In this document: positions 19,901 through 27,938 of the stretch, piece by piece | Layout of the letters: each line of letters opens with the position of its first letter | Position numbering within the stretch: the first letter of the stretch is position 1 | Assembly: GCA_029260755.1 (NCBI GenBank) | Contig: JAJDCQ010000115.1 | Span: forward strand, 24,929-88,928 | Source of the DNA: Planctomycetota bacterium | Lineage (GTDB): Bacteria; Planctomycetota; J058; JAJDCQ01 | Direction of reading: 5' to 3' | DNA length: 64,000 bases | The notes under the pieces: model-generated | Seen by the model: only the letters and a program-made list of their open reading frames with translations | What the model was told of the DNA's origin: nothing | The model's database searches: none | Position numbers and translations under genes: made by a program

Positions 19901-20993
19901 GACGCCCGAGGACCTCTTCGGCGACTACGGCCCGATCGTGATCGCGAGCCGGTCGTTCATCCCGCCCGTCCTCAACGACGAGGGCGAGAAGGTCCAGCCG
20001 CGCTGGGTCGCCGACTTCCTCCGCGAGCCGTACACCCTGCGACCGCAGGTGGCGGTGCGGATGCCGAACTTCCACCTGAGCGAGACGCAGATCCGGACGC
20101 TCTCGGACTACTTCCAGGCGAAGGCCGAGCTCGACCTGATCGCCCAGACCGAGCAGGCGCTCGGCGTCGACCCGGACGGCGCCCTGATCGCCGGGTCGAT
20201 CAAGGCTCGGGTGAAGGAGGGAGCGTACGTCGGCAAGTTCGCGCAGCTCACCACCGACATCCAGAAGGTGCTCGCCGACAACGGCGCCGAGCACTTCTTC
20301 CAGCTCAGCTTCACCGAGTCGGCGCTCAACTGGACGATCAACCCCGCGCTGCTCCGACACGACCCGATGTCGGTTCGTCACGAGGAGCAGTACCTCCTCG
20401 AGCGTGAGAAGAAGCACCCGGGCTGGCTCTCGCTCGGACGCGAGCTCTTCGAGGACGCGAGCATCAACTGCGCCTCGTGCCACGTTCAGCAGGGTCGTCC
20501 GCCCGGCGGCGAGCCACGGACGTGGGCGCCCGATCTGGGGCGCGTTCGGTTCCGCCTCACCCCGTCGTGGGTCGAGCGCTGGATCGCGAACCCGAAGAAG
20601 ATCGTCCCCAGCACGAACATGCCGTCGCTCTTCCCGGTCGGGGAGAAGCGATACCAGGAGATCCTTCCGCTCTCACGGGAGGAGCAGATCGCGGCGATCC
20701 GCGACTACCTCATGACGGGCCTCGTCGGCGGCGTCGAGTCGGTGCCGCGGGATCCGAAGGCCGGCTCCGACGTCGTCGTGACCAGCTCGGCGATCGATCT
20801 GGCCAGCGTGACGTCGGTCAAGTTCGGGGACCGTGCGGTGAATGAGGGCGACGCAGGCTTCGTCCGAGTCAAGGGCCGCGGAGGCCGGACCACCGCCCTC
20901 CGCGTGCGGGTTCCCGCGGGGATCTCGGGCACCGTGTGGCTCGAGTGCACCGACGGACGCTACGTCGCCCGCACCAGAATCGACGTTCAGTAG
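16983..20993 (+). CDS. Membrane-anchored octaheme cytochrome c of a Rieske/cytochrome b complex
   Basis: N-terminal TM, long coiled coil, eight CxxCH (CQTCH, CTICH, CMNCH, CYGCH, CAACH, CFGCH, CIACH, CASCH). Confidence 0.93.
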   Translation: MANPAPRGFREGPYDIGTLNKVFAVSSIAMLISLVLLVWDDYAREWKHVQGEFREIEIERAETALAAERARLEAEDAKRLGELEAALAAGEKSIASSESEIARIEAEMRLTNATVQRLGLDYANLKSEVDALDYEISVYDEHHDPRQDGAVTRRKRMKAELDAIFIAKEEADTTLLAQKEALAKVYATKTEAEAALAEINTEAVRLEGALDKIAHKVINDLMLDAPLLDFVAPTLKIDQIVLPHLQDDLYFAKIYKVDRCQTCHLAIDRAGYGEEVPEVFRTHPNLDLYMSATSKHPKGKFGCTICHDGMGHAVDFVRVAHMPDVEPLDKSHQPADDDHVGGGGHGGEGWFDRPDRERWHEELDWHQRHHWAEPMVPLSLVEARCMNCHATNRPLEGADTLNAARKTMEKAACYGCHKIRGYDAMPKPAPPLTHVGDKLDHDWVFAWLKNPRHFRPSTYMPRFFDLDNVDEIERYGEEAIFYPARQNLEALAITDYLYSVSGNRGYQTVDGGDAEAGEASFHELGCAACHVNDGSPLSETDATQEYGPELSRMAEKLASGGGATWVYNWVRDPKHYYADGNMPNLRLTEDEAKDIAAYITSLKKNGAAKATVPFALDDGIDTSGTDPRTYRDMLRALAIEHLRDRLTASAAEKEIGRWKAEAGTDAKLDARLMSYVGERTINHYGCFGCHDIPGFEGRLGIGAELSTIGSKILSQFDFGHVAIEHSRMDWIAQKLDEPRIFDVTKIKAPRDKLKMPKFGLTKEEVKAITMFLLGLTDREVGPHYEYNPGERQRALTEGRHLIEDKNCIACHYFEVPQWSLVLERDATEDEPAERREISFQGLKLLDTRPLQSFDYHEAAEEGEDPLVDPEEPIPFPVNFELWSAVPSLGLPAGATLNLTYNAPPKTPEEDYEPEPTWLLEAGAESIGFDRVDMIKSGGLGGRLAEQVTRRALLDADGIDLENLVETAAGENELTPEDLFGDYGPIVIASRSFIPPVLNDEGEKVQPRWVADFLREPYTLRPQVAVRMPNFHLSETQIRTLSDYFQAKAELDLIAQTEQALGVDPDGALIAGSIKARVKEGAYVGKFAQLTTDIQKVLADNGAEHFFQLSFTESALNWTINPALLRHDPMSVRHEEQYLLEREKKHPGWLSLGRELFEDASINCASCHVQQGRPPGGEPRTWAPDLGRVRFRLTPSWVERWIANPKKIVPSTNMPSLFPVGEKRYQEILPLSREEQIAAIRDYLMTGLVGGVESVPRDPKAGSDVVVTSSAIDLASVTSVKFGDRAVNEGDAGFVRVKGRGGRTTALRVRVPAGISGTVWLECTDGRYVARTRIDVQ

Positions 20994-21041
20994 CGGTCCA
21001 GGCGACCGCTCGGCCCGGGAGCTCGGGCCGAAGGAGGAGAG

Positions 21042-21782
21042 ATGGTGAAGAGGTTCCTGACCGCCGCGATCGCGGCGACGATGATCCTGGGCGCGACGAG
21101 CGTGTTCGGGGCGCCTCCCGGCTACGACGCGGTCGAGGTGAAGGACGGCGGCACGATCAAGGGTCGCGTGGTCTTCGGCGGCGACGCCCCCGAGCGCAAG
21201 AAGCTCGAGGTGACCAAGGATCACGAGGCGTGCGGCAAGGATGCCAAGCTGAGCGACGAGCTCACCGTCAACGCCGAGAACAAGGGCATCCAGTGGGCCG
21301 TCGTCTACGTCAAGAAGATCAAGAAGGGCAAGGCCTGGCCCGAAGGCAGCATGAAGCAGACCTACGACCAGAAGGCCTGCGTCTTCACCGAGCACGTCAA
21401 GGTCATCCCCGTCGGCTGCACCCTCGAGATGAGCAACTCCGACGCGGTCCTCCACAACGTGAAGGCCGCGAGCATGAAGACCAACTTCAACGAGTCGATC
21501 CCCGCGAACGACAAGATCGAGCAGACGTTCAACTTCGACGAGCAGGTCAAGCTCGAGTGCTCGGTCCACCCGTGGATGAGCAGCTACCTCTTCGTCAGCG
21601 AGCACCCGTACGCGGTCGTCACCGACGCGGACGGAAACTTCGAGCTGACCGACCTCCCCAAGGGCAAGTACAACATCATCGCCTGGCAGGAGACGCTCGG
21701 GAAGCACGACAAGAAGGGCGAGAAGGTCGAGATCAAGGGTGGCGACACCCAGGAGCTCGAGCTCAAGTTCGAAGGCAAGTAG
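21042..21782 (+). CDS. Secreted cupredoxin-like / carboxypeptidase-regulatory-like protein
   Basis: Signal peptide; LHNV...CSVHPWM; PYAVVTDADGNF.L..LPKG.Y...AWQE. Confidence 0.8.
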   Translation: MVKRFLTAAIAATMILGATSVFGAPPGYDAVEVKDGGTIKGRVVFGGDAPERKKLEVTKDHEACGKDAKLSDELTVNAENKGIQWAVVYVKKIKKGKAWPEGSMKQTYDQKACVFTEHVKVIPVGCTLEMSNSDAVLHNVKAASMKTNFNESIPANDKIEQTFNFDEQVKLECSVHPWMSSYLFVSEHPYAVVTDADGNFELTDLPKGKYNIIAWQETLGKHDKKGEKVEIKGGDTQELELKFEGK

Positions 21783-21845
21783 CGCCGATCGCCGGCTGAG
21801 CGGGGTCGTCACGCGACCCCGCCGGTCCGGTTCGGAGGAAACCAG

Positions 21846-22604
21846 GTGGCAGACAACGAGTCCGCCGGCGCGGCGAAGCCCGCCGACGACGCGAAAGACG
21901 CACCCGCGAAGCCCGAGGCGGCGGCGAAGGAAGCCGCCGCCAAGGCCGATGCGGGCAAGGCGGTCAGCGAACCGGCGGCCAAGGCCCCGGCGGCCAAGGC
22001 GCCCGCCGCGAAGAAGCCCGTCAAGAAGGCGGTGAAGAAGGCGGCCAAGCCGAAGAAGGCCAAGGCGAAGAAGGAGCCGCTCCCGCCCGCGCTCATCCCG
22101 GTCGGGCGTCGCGACTTCCTCTCCTGGGTCGGCGTCGGCTGGGGCGCCATGCTCGCGAGCGCGGCCGTCAGCGGCGCGGTGCTTCAGCGCTTCCTGTTCC
22201 CGAACGTCCTCTTCGAGCCGCCGACCACGTTCACCGTCGGCTTCCCGGACGAGTACGGCGACGGCGTCCACGTGAAGTGGAAGGGCGCCTACGGGATCTG
22301 GCTCGTCCGGACGCCCAGGGACGATGTGCACGAGAAGCCGGGCTTCTACGCGCTGTCGGTCATCTGCACCCATCTGGGCTGCACGCCCAACTGGCTCTCC
22401 GCCGATCTCAAGTTCAAGTGCCCGTGCCACGGCAGCGGTTTCCGCCAGACCGGGATCAACTTCGAGGGCCCGGCGCCGCGTCCGCTCGAGCGGCACCGCA
22501 TCGTCTGGGCTCCCGACGGCCAGATCATGGTCGACAAGGGCAAGAAGTACCAGCAGGAGCTGGGACAGTGGGCCGACCGCGAGGCGTTCCTCGCTTACGG
22601 CTAG
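21846..22604 (+). CDS. Rieske 2Fe-2S subunit (PetC/QcrA-like)
   Basis: GGAGG RBS with GTG start; Tat motif GRRDFL plus TM; CTHLGC, CPCHGSGF, GPAPRPL. Confidence 0.95.
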   Translation: MADNESAGAAKPADDAKDAPAKPEAAAKEAAAKADAGKAVSEPAAKAPAAKAPAAKKPVKKAVKKAAKPKKAKAKKEPLPPALIPVGRRDFLSWVGVGWGAMLASAAVSGAVLQRFLFPNVLFEPPTTFTVGFPDEYGDGVHVKWKGAYGIWLVRTPRDDVHEKPGFYALSVICTHLGCTPNWLSADLKFKCPCHGSGFRQTGINFEGPAPRPLERHRIVWAPDGQIMVDKGKKYQQELGQWADREAFLAYG

Positions 22605-22687
22605 GCTGACCCGGGTAGAGACACTTCGTCGCACGGCGTCGTCCAGGGGGGAAGGCGCCACACGCTCCTCGCAGCGAGACCGAATCG

Positions 22688-23473
22688 ATGGCTCTGACAG
22701 ACAAGCTCGTGAGTACGGTCACCGAGTCGCAGGTCTGGAAGTCGATCTTCCGGCACGGCATGCCGGACACCCCACGCAACCAGGCGCTGGCGGTGCTCTC
22801 GAACGTCTTCCTTCACCTGCACCCGATCAAGGCCAGGAAGAGTGGGATCAAGCTCCAGTACACCTGGTGCATGGGCGGGATCTCCTTCTTCCTGTTCCTC
22901 GAGCTGGCGGTGACCGGCATCCTCCTCATGTTCTACTACCGGCCGACGGCCGAGTACGCGTACATGGACATCGAGGCGCTCGGCGACCACGTGCCGATCG
23001 GGATCATGCGTGAGCTCCACCGATGGGGCGCGCACCTGATGGTCCTGGCGGTGTGGCTCCACATGTTCCGGGTGTTCCTCACGGGATCCTACAAGCCACC
23101 GCGGGAGTTCAACTGGGCCGTCGGCGTCATTCTGTTGACGCTCACCCTGCTGCTCTCCTTCACCGGGTACCTGCTTCCGTGGGACCAGCTCGCGATCTGG
23201 GCCATCACCGTCGGGTCCAACATGGCTCGAGCGACCCCGTTCCTGGGACACGAGGGCCCCGGCGCGTCGCTCCTGATGCTGGGGGACATCCCGCTGGTTC
23301 ACGCGGGAGACGATGCGAGATTCGGGCTGATCGCTGGCCGGGCCGTCGGTGAGGCGGCTCTCCTTCGCTTCTACGTCCTGCACTGCATCGCGATCCCGTT
23401 CGTCGTCATGATCCTGATCTCGATCCACTTCTGGCGAGTCCGCAAGGACGGCGGGATCTCTGGACCTCTGTAG
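22688..23473 (+). CDS. petB: Cytochrome b6-type N-terminal cytochrome b subunit
   Basis: WCMGG, HRWGAH..HMFRVF.TG.YK.PRE.NW, TGY.LPWDQ, helix D H-x14-H, C-terminus GISGPL. Confidence 0.95.
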   Translation: MALTDKLVSTVTESQVWKSIFRHGMPDTPRNQALAVLSNVFLHLHPIKARKSGIKLQYTWCMGGISFFLFLELAVTGILLMFYYRPTAEYAYMDIEALGDHVPIGIMRELHRWGAHLMVLAVWLHMFRVFLTGSYKPPREFNWAVGVILLTLTLLLSFTGYLLPWDQLAIWAITVGSNMARATPFLGHEGPGASLLMLGDIPLVHAGDDARFGLIAGRAVGEAALLRFYVLHCIAIPFVVMILISIHFWRVRKDGGISGPL

Positions 23474-23570
23474 ACGAACCGACGCATCGGTCGTCCTCGG
23501 GGGGAGGGCGGCGGCTCGAGTCAGCACGCAGACCTAGCGACGCTCGCTAGATCCTCTTTCGGAGAATGGA

Positions 23571-24653
23571 ATGGTCGAAGCGGCCAAGGCCATCGTCACC
23601 TTCCTGACCCAGCCGGAGTGGTTGATCACCCTCTCCGGGATCGCGATGGCTCTCTTCTTCTGGAAGAGGGACCAGCTCGTGCATCCGCGGGTGATGCTGC
23701 CCGTCGCGCTGGCGTCGACGCTCTTCTTCGTGCTCTCGTGCCTGAACGACAACTTCCGCGCGATCGTCACGAAACCCGACAACATCCCGATCGTCCTGCT
23801 CCTGGTCTTCGTCGGCTTCCTGTTCTGGCTGGCGATGTATCAGGCGGTGGAGAACGACAAGCGGATCGCGAACGGGTTGCCGCCTCAGGAGGCGGCCGAC
23901 GAGCCCGCGAAGGTCACGGTGTGGCCGAACCTCGTCTACACCGAGATGATCTGCATCATCCTGATGACGGTCGGGCTGGTCATCTGGAGCGTGTTCATCA
24001 AGGCGCCGCTCGAGGAGCCGGCCGATCCGTCCGACTCGCCCAACCCGTCGAAGGCGCCGTGGTACTTCCTGGGTCTCCAGGAGATGCTCGTCTACTTCGA
24101 CCCGTGGCTCGCCGGCGTGGTCTTCCCTGGCCTCATCATCGTCGGCCTCGTCGCCATCCCGTTCATCGACCGTAACCCCAAGGGCTCGGGCTACTACACG
24201 TTCGCCGAGCGGAAGTTCGCGATCAGCGTCTTCTGCTTCGGGTTCCTCGTCCTCTGGGTCCTGATGGTCATGCTCGGGACGTTCCTCCGCGGCCCGAACT
24301 GGAACTTCTTCGGCCCGTACGAGCACTGGGACGTCCACAAGCTCGTGCCGCTGACGAACGTCAACCTGTCCGAGTACATCTACGTGAAGTGGATGGGCCA
24401 GCAGCTCCCCGAGAGCATCCTGGTTCGTGAGGGGCCAGGCTTCGTCCTGATAGGCCTGTACTTCCTCGCCCTGCCGCCGTTAATGGCGAAGACGTTCTTC
24501 AAGAACTTCCTGCGAGACCTCGGGTTCATCCGCTACAACCTGATGGCGTTCCTCTTCCTGTTCATGCTGTTCCTTCCGATCAAGATGGTGCTTCGGTGGA
24601 CCATGAACCTGAAGTACATCGTCGCCATCCCCGAGTGGTTCTTCAACATATGA
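23571..24653 (+). CDS. Subunit IV-like C-terminal cytochrome b subunit with extra TM helices
   Basis: VWPNLVY.E, PLEEPADP..PNPSKAPWYFLGLQE, IPFIDRNP. Confidence 0.88.
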   Translation: MVEAAKAIVTFLTQPEWLITLSGIAMALFFWKRDQLVHPRVMLPVALASTLFFVLSCLNDNFRAIVTKPDNIPIVLLLVFVGFLFWLAMYQAVENDKRIANGLPPQEAADEPAKVTVWPNLVYTEMICIILMTVGLVIWSVFIKAPLEEPADPSDSPNPSKAPWYFLGLQEMLVYFDPWLAGVVFPGLIIVGLVAIPFIDRNPKGSGYYTFAERKFAISVFCFGFLVLWVLMVMLGTFLRGPNWNFFGPYEHWDVHKLVPLTNVNLSEYIYVKWMGQQLPESILVREGPGFVLIGLYFLALPPLMAKTFFKNFLRDLGFIRYNLMAFLFLFMLFLPIKMVLRWTMNLKYIVAIPEWFFNI

Positions 24654-25915
24654 CCGACGCGGCGGCCGACGGTGCCCGCGAACCGACCGCTTCGAGCGGT
24701 CCGGACCGGGCGCCCGCCGCCGGCTCGAACGACGACCCCTCCCCACCGGACGCGCCTCCCTCCGGAGACGCCTCCGCCCACCCGACGAGCAGTACCGACG
24801 TGAGCAGCCCGACAGCCGACACCGCCTCGCCGACCGATGGCGAGACCGCGCCCGACGCCAGCCCGACCGCCGACGCCGCGACCGCGCCAGCTCCGAAGCC
24901 TCTCCCGGCGCCGGCGGATCCGCTCGCCGGTCCGCCGGAGCTCGACGCGGAGATCGATGAGCCAAACACCCGCACGATGGTGCTCCAGCTCTTCATCTTC
25001 CCGTTCCTGATCGTGCTGATCTGCGTCGCCGTGTTCCTGTTCTTCGGCCTGGCGGCCGGCTCGAACAAGACCTACCGCCAGTACATCGCCGAGGTCCGTC
25101 AGGGCGGGACGAGCCAGCGCTGGCAGGCGGCGTTCCAGCTCGCCAAGCGCCTCCAGGAGGCCGACGCGGCCGGCGAGACCGACTTCTTCGGTTCCGAGGA
25201 CGTCAACGAGACGATCCTGATCTTCCAGGCGGCCAAGAACGACGACCCGCGGGTCCGGCAGTACCTCGCGCGGGTCCTCGGGCGCCTCGGCGATCCGAAG
25301 GTGCTTCCGGTCCTGCTCGAGGTGGTCCGCAACGAGGAGGAGGCGAGCGAGACCCGCTTCGCCGCGATCTTCGGCGTCGGGATGCTCGGCGGGAAGGCGA
25401 CGAGCGCCGTCCCCGAGCTCGCGCCGCTGCTCCGGAGCGAGGATCAGTACGTCCGAACCGTCACCGTCTATGTCCTGGGCTACATCGGCGACCGCTCCGT
25501 CGTTCCGCAGGTGGAGCCGCTCCTCGACGATCCCGACCAGAACGTCCGCTGGAACGCCGCCCTCGCCCTCGCGCGGCTGGGCAGCGATGCGGGGCTGGCG
25601 GCGATCGAGTCACTCCTCGAGTGGAAGCCCTCGGGCGAGCCGCCCGCCGGGCTCGGCTGGGACGCCATGTTCACCGACGTCGGGGCGTACCAGCAGAGCC
25701 ACCGGCGCGAGCTGGTGAAGGGCGCCCTCGCGGCCGTGGCCGCCCTTCGCGCGGAGGAGCTGCGCGAGCGCGTCGAGCAGCTCACGTCCGATCCCGATCC
25801 GATCGTCGCCGACGCGGCCCGGAAGGCGCTGGAGGCGATCGACGCGCCGGCCCTCGTGCCTGCCACCGCCGACGACCCCGCGGGGGCCGGCGAGACCGCG
25901 CCCCCGGGCCAGTGA
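24650..25915 (+). CDS. Membrane-anchored HEAT/PBS-lyase repeat protein
   Basis: ATGA overlap with the previous stop; P/A/D-rich N-terminus, one TM, repeats such as DDPRVRQYLARVLG and DDPDQNVRWNAALAL. Confidence 0.85.
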   Translation: MTDAAADGAREPTASSGPDRAPAAGSNDDPSPPDAPPSGDASAHPTSSTDVSSPTADTASPTDGETAPDASPTADAATAPAPKPLPAPADPLAGPPELDAEIDEPNTRTMVLQLFIFPFLIVLICVAVFLFFGLAAGSNKTYRQYIAEVRQGGTSQRWQAAFQLAKRLQEADAAGETDFFGSEDVNETILIFQAAKNDDPRVRQYLARVLGRLGDPKVLPVLLEVVRNEEEASETRFAAIFGVGMLGGKATSAVPELAPLLRSEDQYVRTVTVYVLGYIGDRSVVPQVEPLLDDPDQNVRWNAALALARLGSDAGLAAIESLLEWKPSGEPPAGLGWDAMFTDVGAYQQSHRRELVKGALAAVAALRAEELRERVEQLTSDPDPIVADAARKALEAIDAPALVPATADDPAGAGETAPPGQ

Positions 25916-26235
25916 GCGCGAGCCCCGATCCGGCTGCGGCCGACACCGCCGCCGCCGACGAGCCGTCCGCACCGCCGGAAGACGCCGAGACCGAAGGGCG
26001 AGGTTCGTCGGCGTCGAGCATCGTGTTCGGAGCGGTGGCCGTCTTCTTCGCGGCATCACTGATCGACTTCGTCCTGGGCTTCCCGATCTTCACCGGGCTC
26101 GCCCTCTTCGCCGCCGGCCTCTTCGCCCTGGTCGGCGTCCAGTGGCTGCTCTGGCGGGCGTTCTTCCCGAGCCTGCTCGCGGAGGCGGGCACCGGGGAGG
26201 CGCCGAGACTGCCGTCGGACCTGCCGCCGTCGTGA
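25912..26235 (+). CDS. Small two-TM membrane protein (QWLLWRAF paralog 1)
   Basis: GTGA coupling at both ends; similar to 26820-27086. Confidence 0.7.
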   Translation: MSASPDPAAADTAAADEPSAPPEDAETEGRGSSASSIVFGAVAVFFAASLIDFVLGFPIFTGLALFAAGLFALVGVQWLLWRAFFPSLLAEAGTGEAPRLPSDLPPS

Positions 26236-26774
26236 GGCTCTTCTACACCGGTCTCGCCTTCTGGTGCGCCGCGGCGCTCCTCGCCGCCGCCGCGATCGGG
26301 ATCGGCGCCCGCCGCTTCGAGGCCACCTCGACTCAGGTCCACATCCTGGTCGGTCTCTTCGCGTCGATCTTCGCGTGCCTGACCCACTCGGTCGTCTTCG
26401 CGCACCTGATCGGCAGCGGGATCACCGTGAAGGATGCGGTCAGCAGCCACGGCCTCGACCCGCAGATCGTCCGCCGGACGAAGAAGTTCAAGGGCCGCTC
26501 GTTCCCGTTCGCGCTCTTTGCGGCCCTCGCCGCCGTCGCGGCGGCGCTCGCGGGCGGCGCGGCGTATCGCGCGCCCGACCCCGGGGTCACCCACGCGATC
26601 GTGGCCGCCGTCGCGATCGTGCTCAGCCTCGTCGCGTTTCCGATCGAGGTGAAGGTGCTCCACGAGAACACGAAGCTCCTCCGCGAGGTCGACGGCCTCG
26701 TCCGCCGCGCGCAGGCGTCCGCCGCGGCCGGGACGGGCGCCCCCGAGCCGCCCGCGACCGCCGAGCGCGTCTGA
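26232..26774 (+). CDS. Four-TM membrane protein with intramembrane histidines
   Basis: GTGA overlap; HILVGL, LTHSVVFAHLIG, THAIVA. Confidence 0.75.
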   Translation: MRLFYTGLAFWCAAALLAAAAIGIGARRFEATSTQVHILVGLFASIFACLTHSVVFAHLIGSGITVKDAVSSHGLDPQIVRRTKKFKGRSFPFALFAALAAVAAALAGGAAYRAPDPGVTHAIVAAVAIVLSLVAFPIEVKVLHENTKLLREVDGLVRRAQASAAAGTGAPEPPATAERV

Positions 26775-26819
26775 TCGAGATTCTCAGATGCTCGCGGCCT
26801 CCCCGATCGTGATGGGGGT

Positions 26820-27086
26820 ATGAGCATCCCCGACCGACCGACACCGATTCCGACCCCGGAGGAGCGCGCGGCGAGAGTCGCCGCGACGATCGGAATGATC
26901 GCGCTCGCTCCGCCCATCCTCGTCGGCGTCGTCTCCCTCGACGTCGCGTTCACGATGGGCGTTCTCACCGGGACGGCCTTCCTCTTCGTCCCCATCTTCG
27001 CGTACATCGGCCTCCAGTGGCTGCTCTGGCGGGCCTTCTGTCCCGATCTGCTCATCGAGGCGTCGGCGGAGCTTCGTCAGGAGTAG
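26820..27086 (+). CDS. Small two-TM membrane protein (QWLLWRAF paralog 2)
   Basis: IGLQWLLWRAFCPDLLIEA versus VGVQWLLWRAFFPSLLAEA in paralog 1. Confidence 0.7.
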   Translation: MSIPDRPTPIPTPEERAARVAATIGMIALAPPILVGVVSLDVAFTMGVLTGTAFLFVPIFAYIGLQWLLWRAFCPDLLIEASAELRQE

Positions 27087-27907
27087 ACGCCGAGCGAGAC
27101 CGCCATCCAGGCCGCCGAGGCCTCGCCGATCAGCACCATCGCGGTCGCGGCGTAGAGGATCCCGGTCGCCGACTGGGTCGAGCGGATCCGGACCGTCTCC
27201 CAGATCATGTAGCCGACGACGAGCGGCCCGACGAGGCCGAAGAGGATCCGGGGCAGGATCACGACGGACTCGCGGATCACCAGGCTCTTGGTGCCCCCGT
27301 CGATCCCGGCGCCGGCGAGCCAGAGGCCGGCGCCGCAGACGACGACGCGGAACGCGAGCGCGGCGAGGAACAGGGCGGTCAGACGCTTGAGCGGGGTGAT
27401 CGCGAGCCGGGGCAGGATCAGGTAGAAGTGGCCGAGGATCATCGCGAGCAGGGTGACCCCGCCGAGGAGCGCCTGGCCGACCCCGCTGGAGACGGCGAGC
27501 GCGATCGACGGGGCGACCCGCCCGCTCGCTCCGTTCGCCGCCGGCGCGGCGGCGGCGTTCTCGCCGGCGAGGCGGGCGGCCTCGACGCCGCCCACGACGA
27601 CCGCCGCCATCGCCAGCCCGGCGCCCGCGATCACGAACGCCCGCGCCGCGGCGAAGCGGTCCCCTCGAAGGCTGGCCATGTGGACGACGACGGCCAGCGC
27701 GGCGGCGCCCGCCAGCCCCGGACCGAGCGGGCCGGCCGACGCCCCGGCGAGCCCGAGGCCGATCGCCGCGCCGAGGAATCCGAGGACGAACACGCCGTTC
27801 ACGACGAAGAACCGCCGGCCGGCGTCCTTGATCGGGACGATCGTCAGGCCGACGAGCATGCCCGCGGCCGTGTGGAGGGCGAGCAGAGCGAGGACGGTGG
27901 CGATCAC
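27077..27907 (-). CDS. Polytopic membrane protein of unknown function
   Basis: About eight hydrophobic segments; motifs AMILGHFYL and RSTQSATGILY. Confidence 0.75.
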   Translation of the reverse strand: MIATVLALLALHTAAGMLVGLTIVPIKDAGRRFFVVNGVFVLGFLGAAIGLGLAGASAGPLGPGLAGAAALAVVVHMASLRGDRFAAARAFVIAGAGLAMAAVVVGGVEAARLAGENAAAAPAANGASGRVAPSIALAVSSGVGQALLGGVTLLAMILGHFYLILPRLAITPLKRLTALFLAALAFRVVVCGAGLWLAGAGIDGGTKSLVIRESVVILPRILFGLVGPLVVGYMIWETVRIRSTQSATGILYAATAMVLIGEASAAWMAVSLGVYS

Positions 27908-27938
27908 GACGTCGTCACGGTAACCGGCGCCCCGGCGC

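Noticed and set aside
16944..20483. 1179-aa minus-strand ORF
   Set aside because: Antisense shadow of the octaheme gene; long stop-free antisense frames are expected at this GC and codon bias.
16983..20993. Hydroxylamine oxidoreductase or anammox marker
   Set aside because: It has eight hemes, but the spacing and repeated class-I MP modules do not fit the HAO fold, and no hzs/hdh genes are present.
23534..23550. Hairpin CTAGCGA-CGC-TCGCTAG between petB and subunit IV as a terminator
   Set aside because: Short, intra-operonic and without a clear U tract; at most an mRNA stability element.
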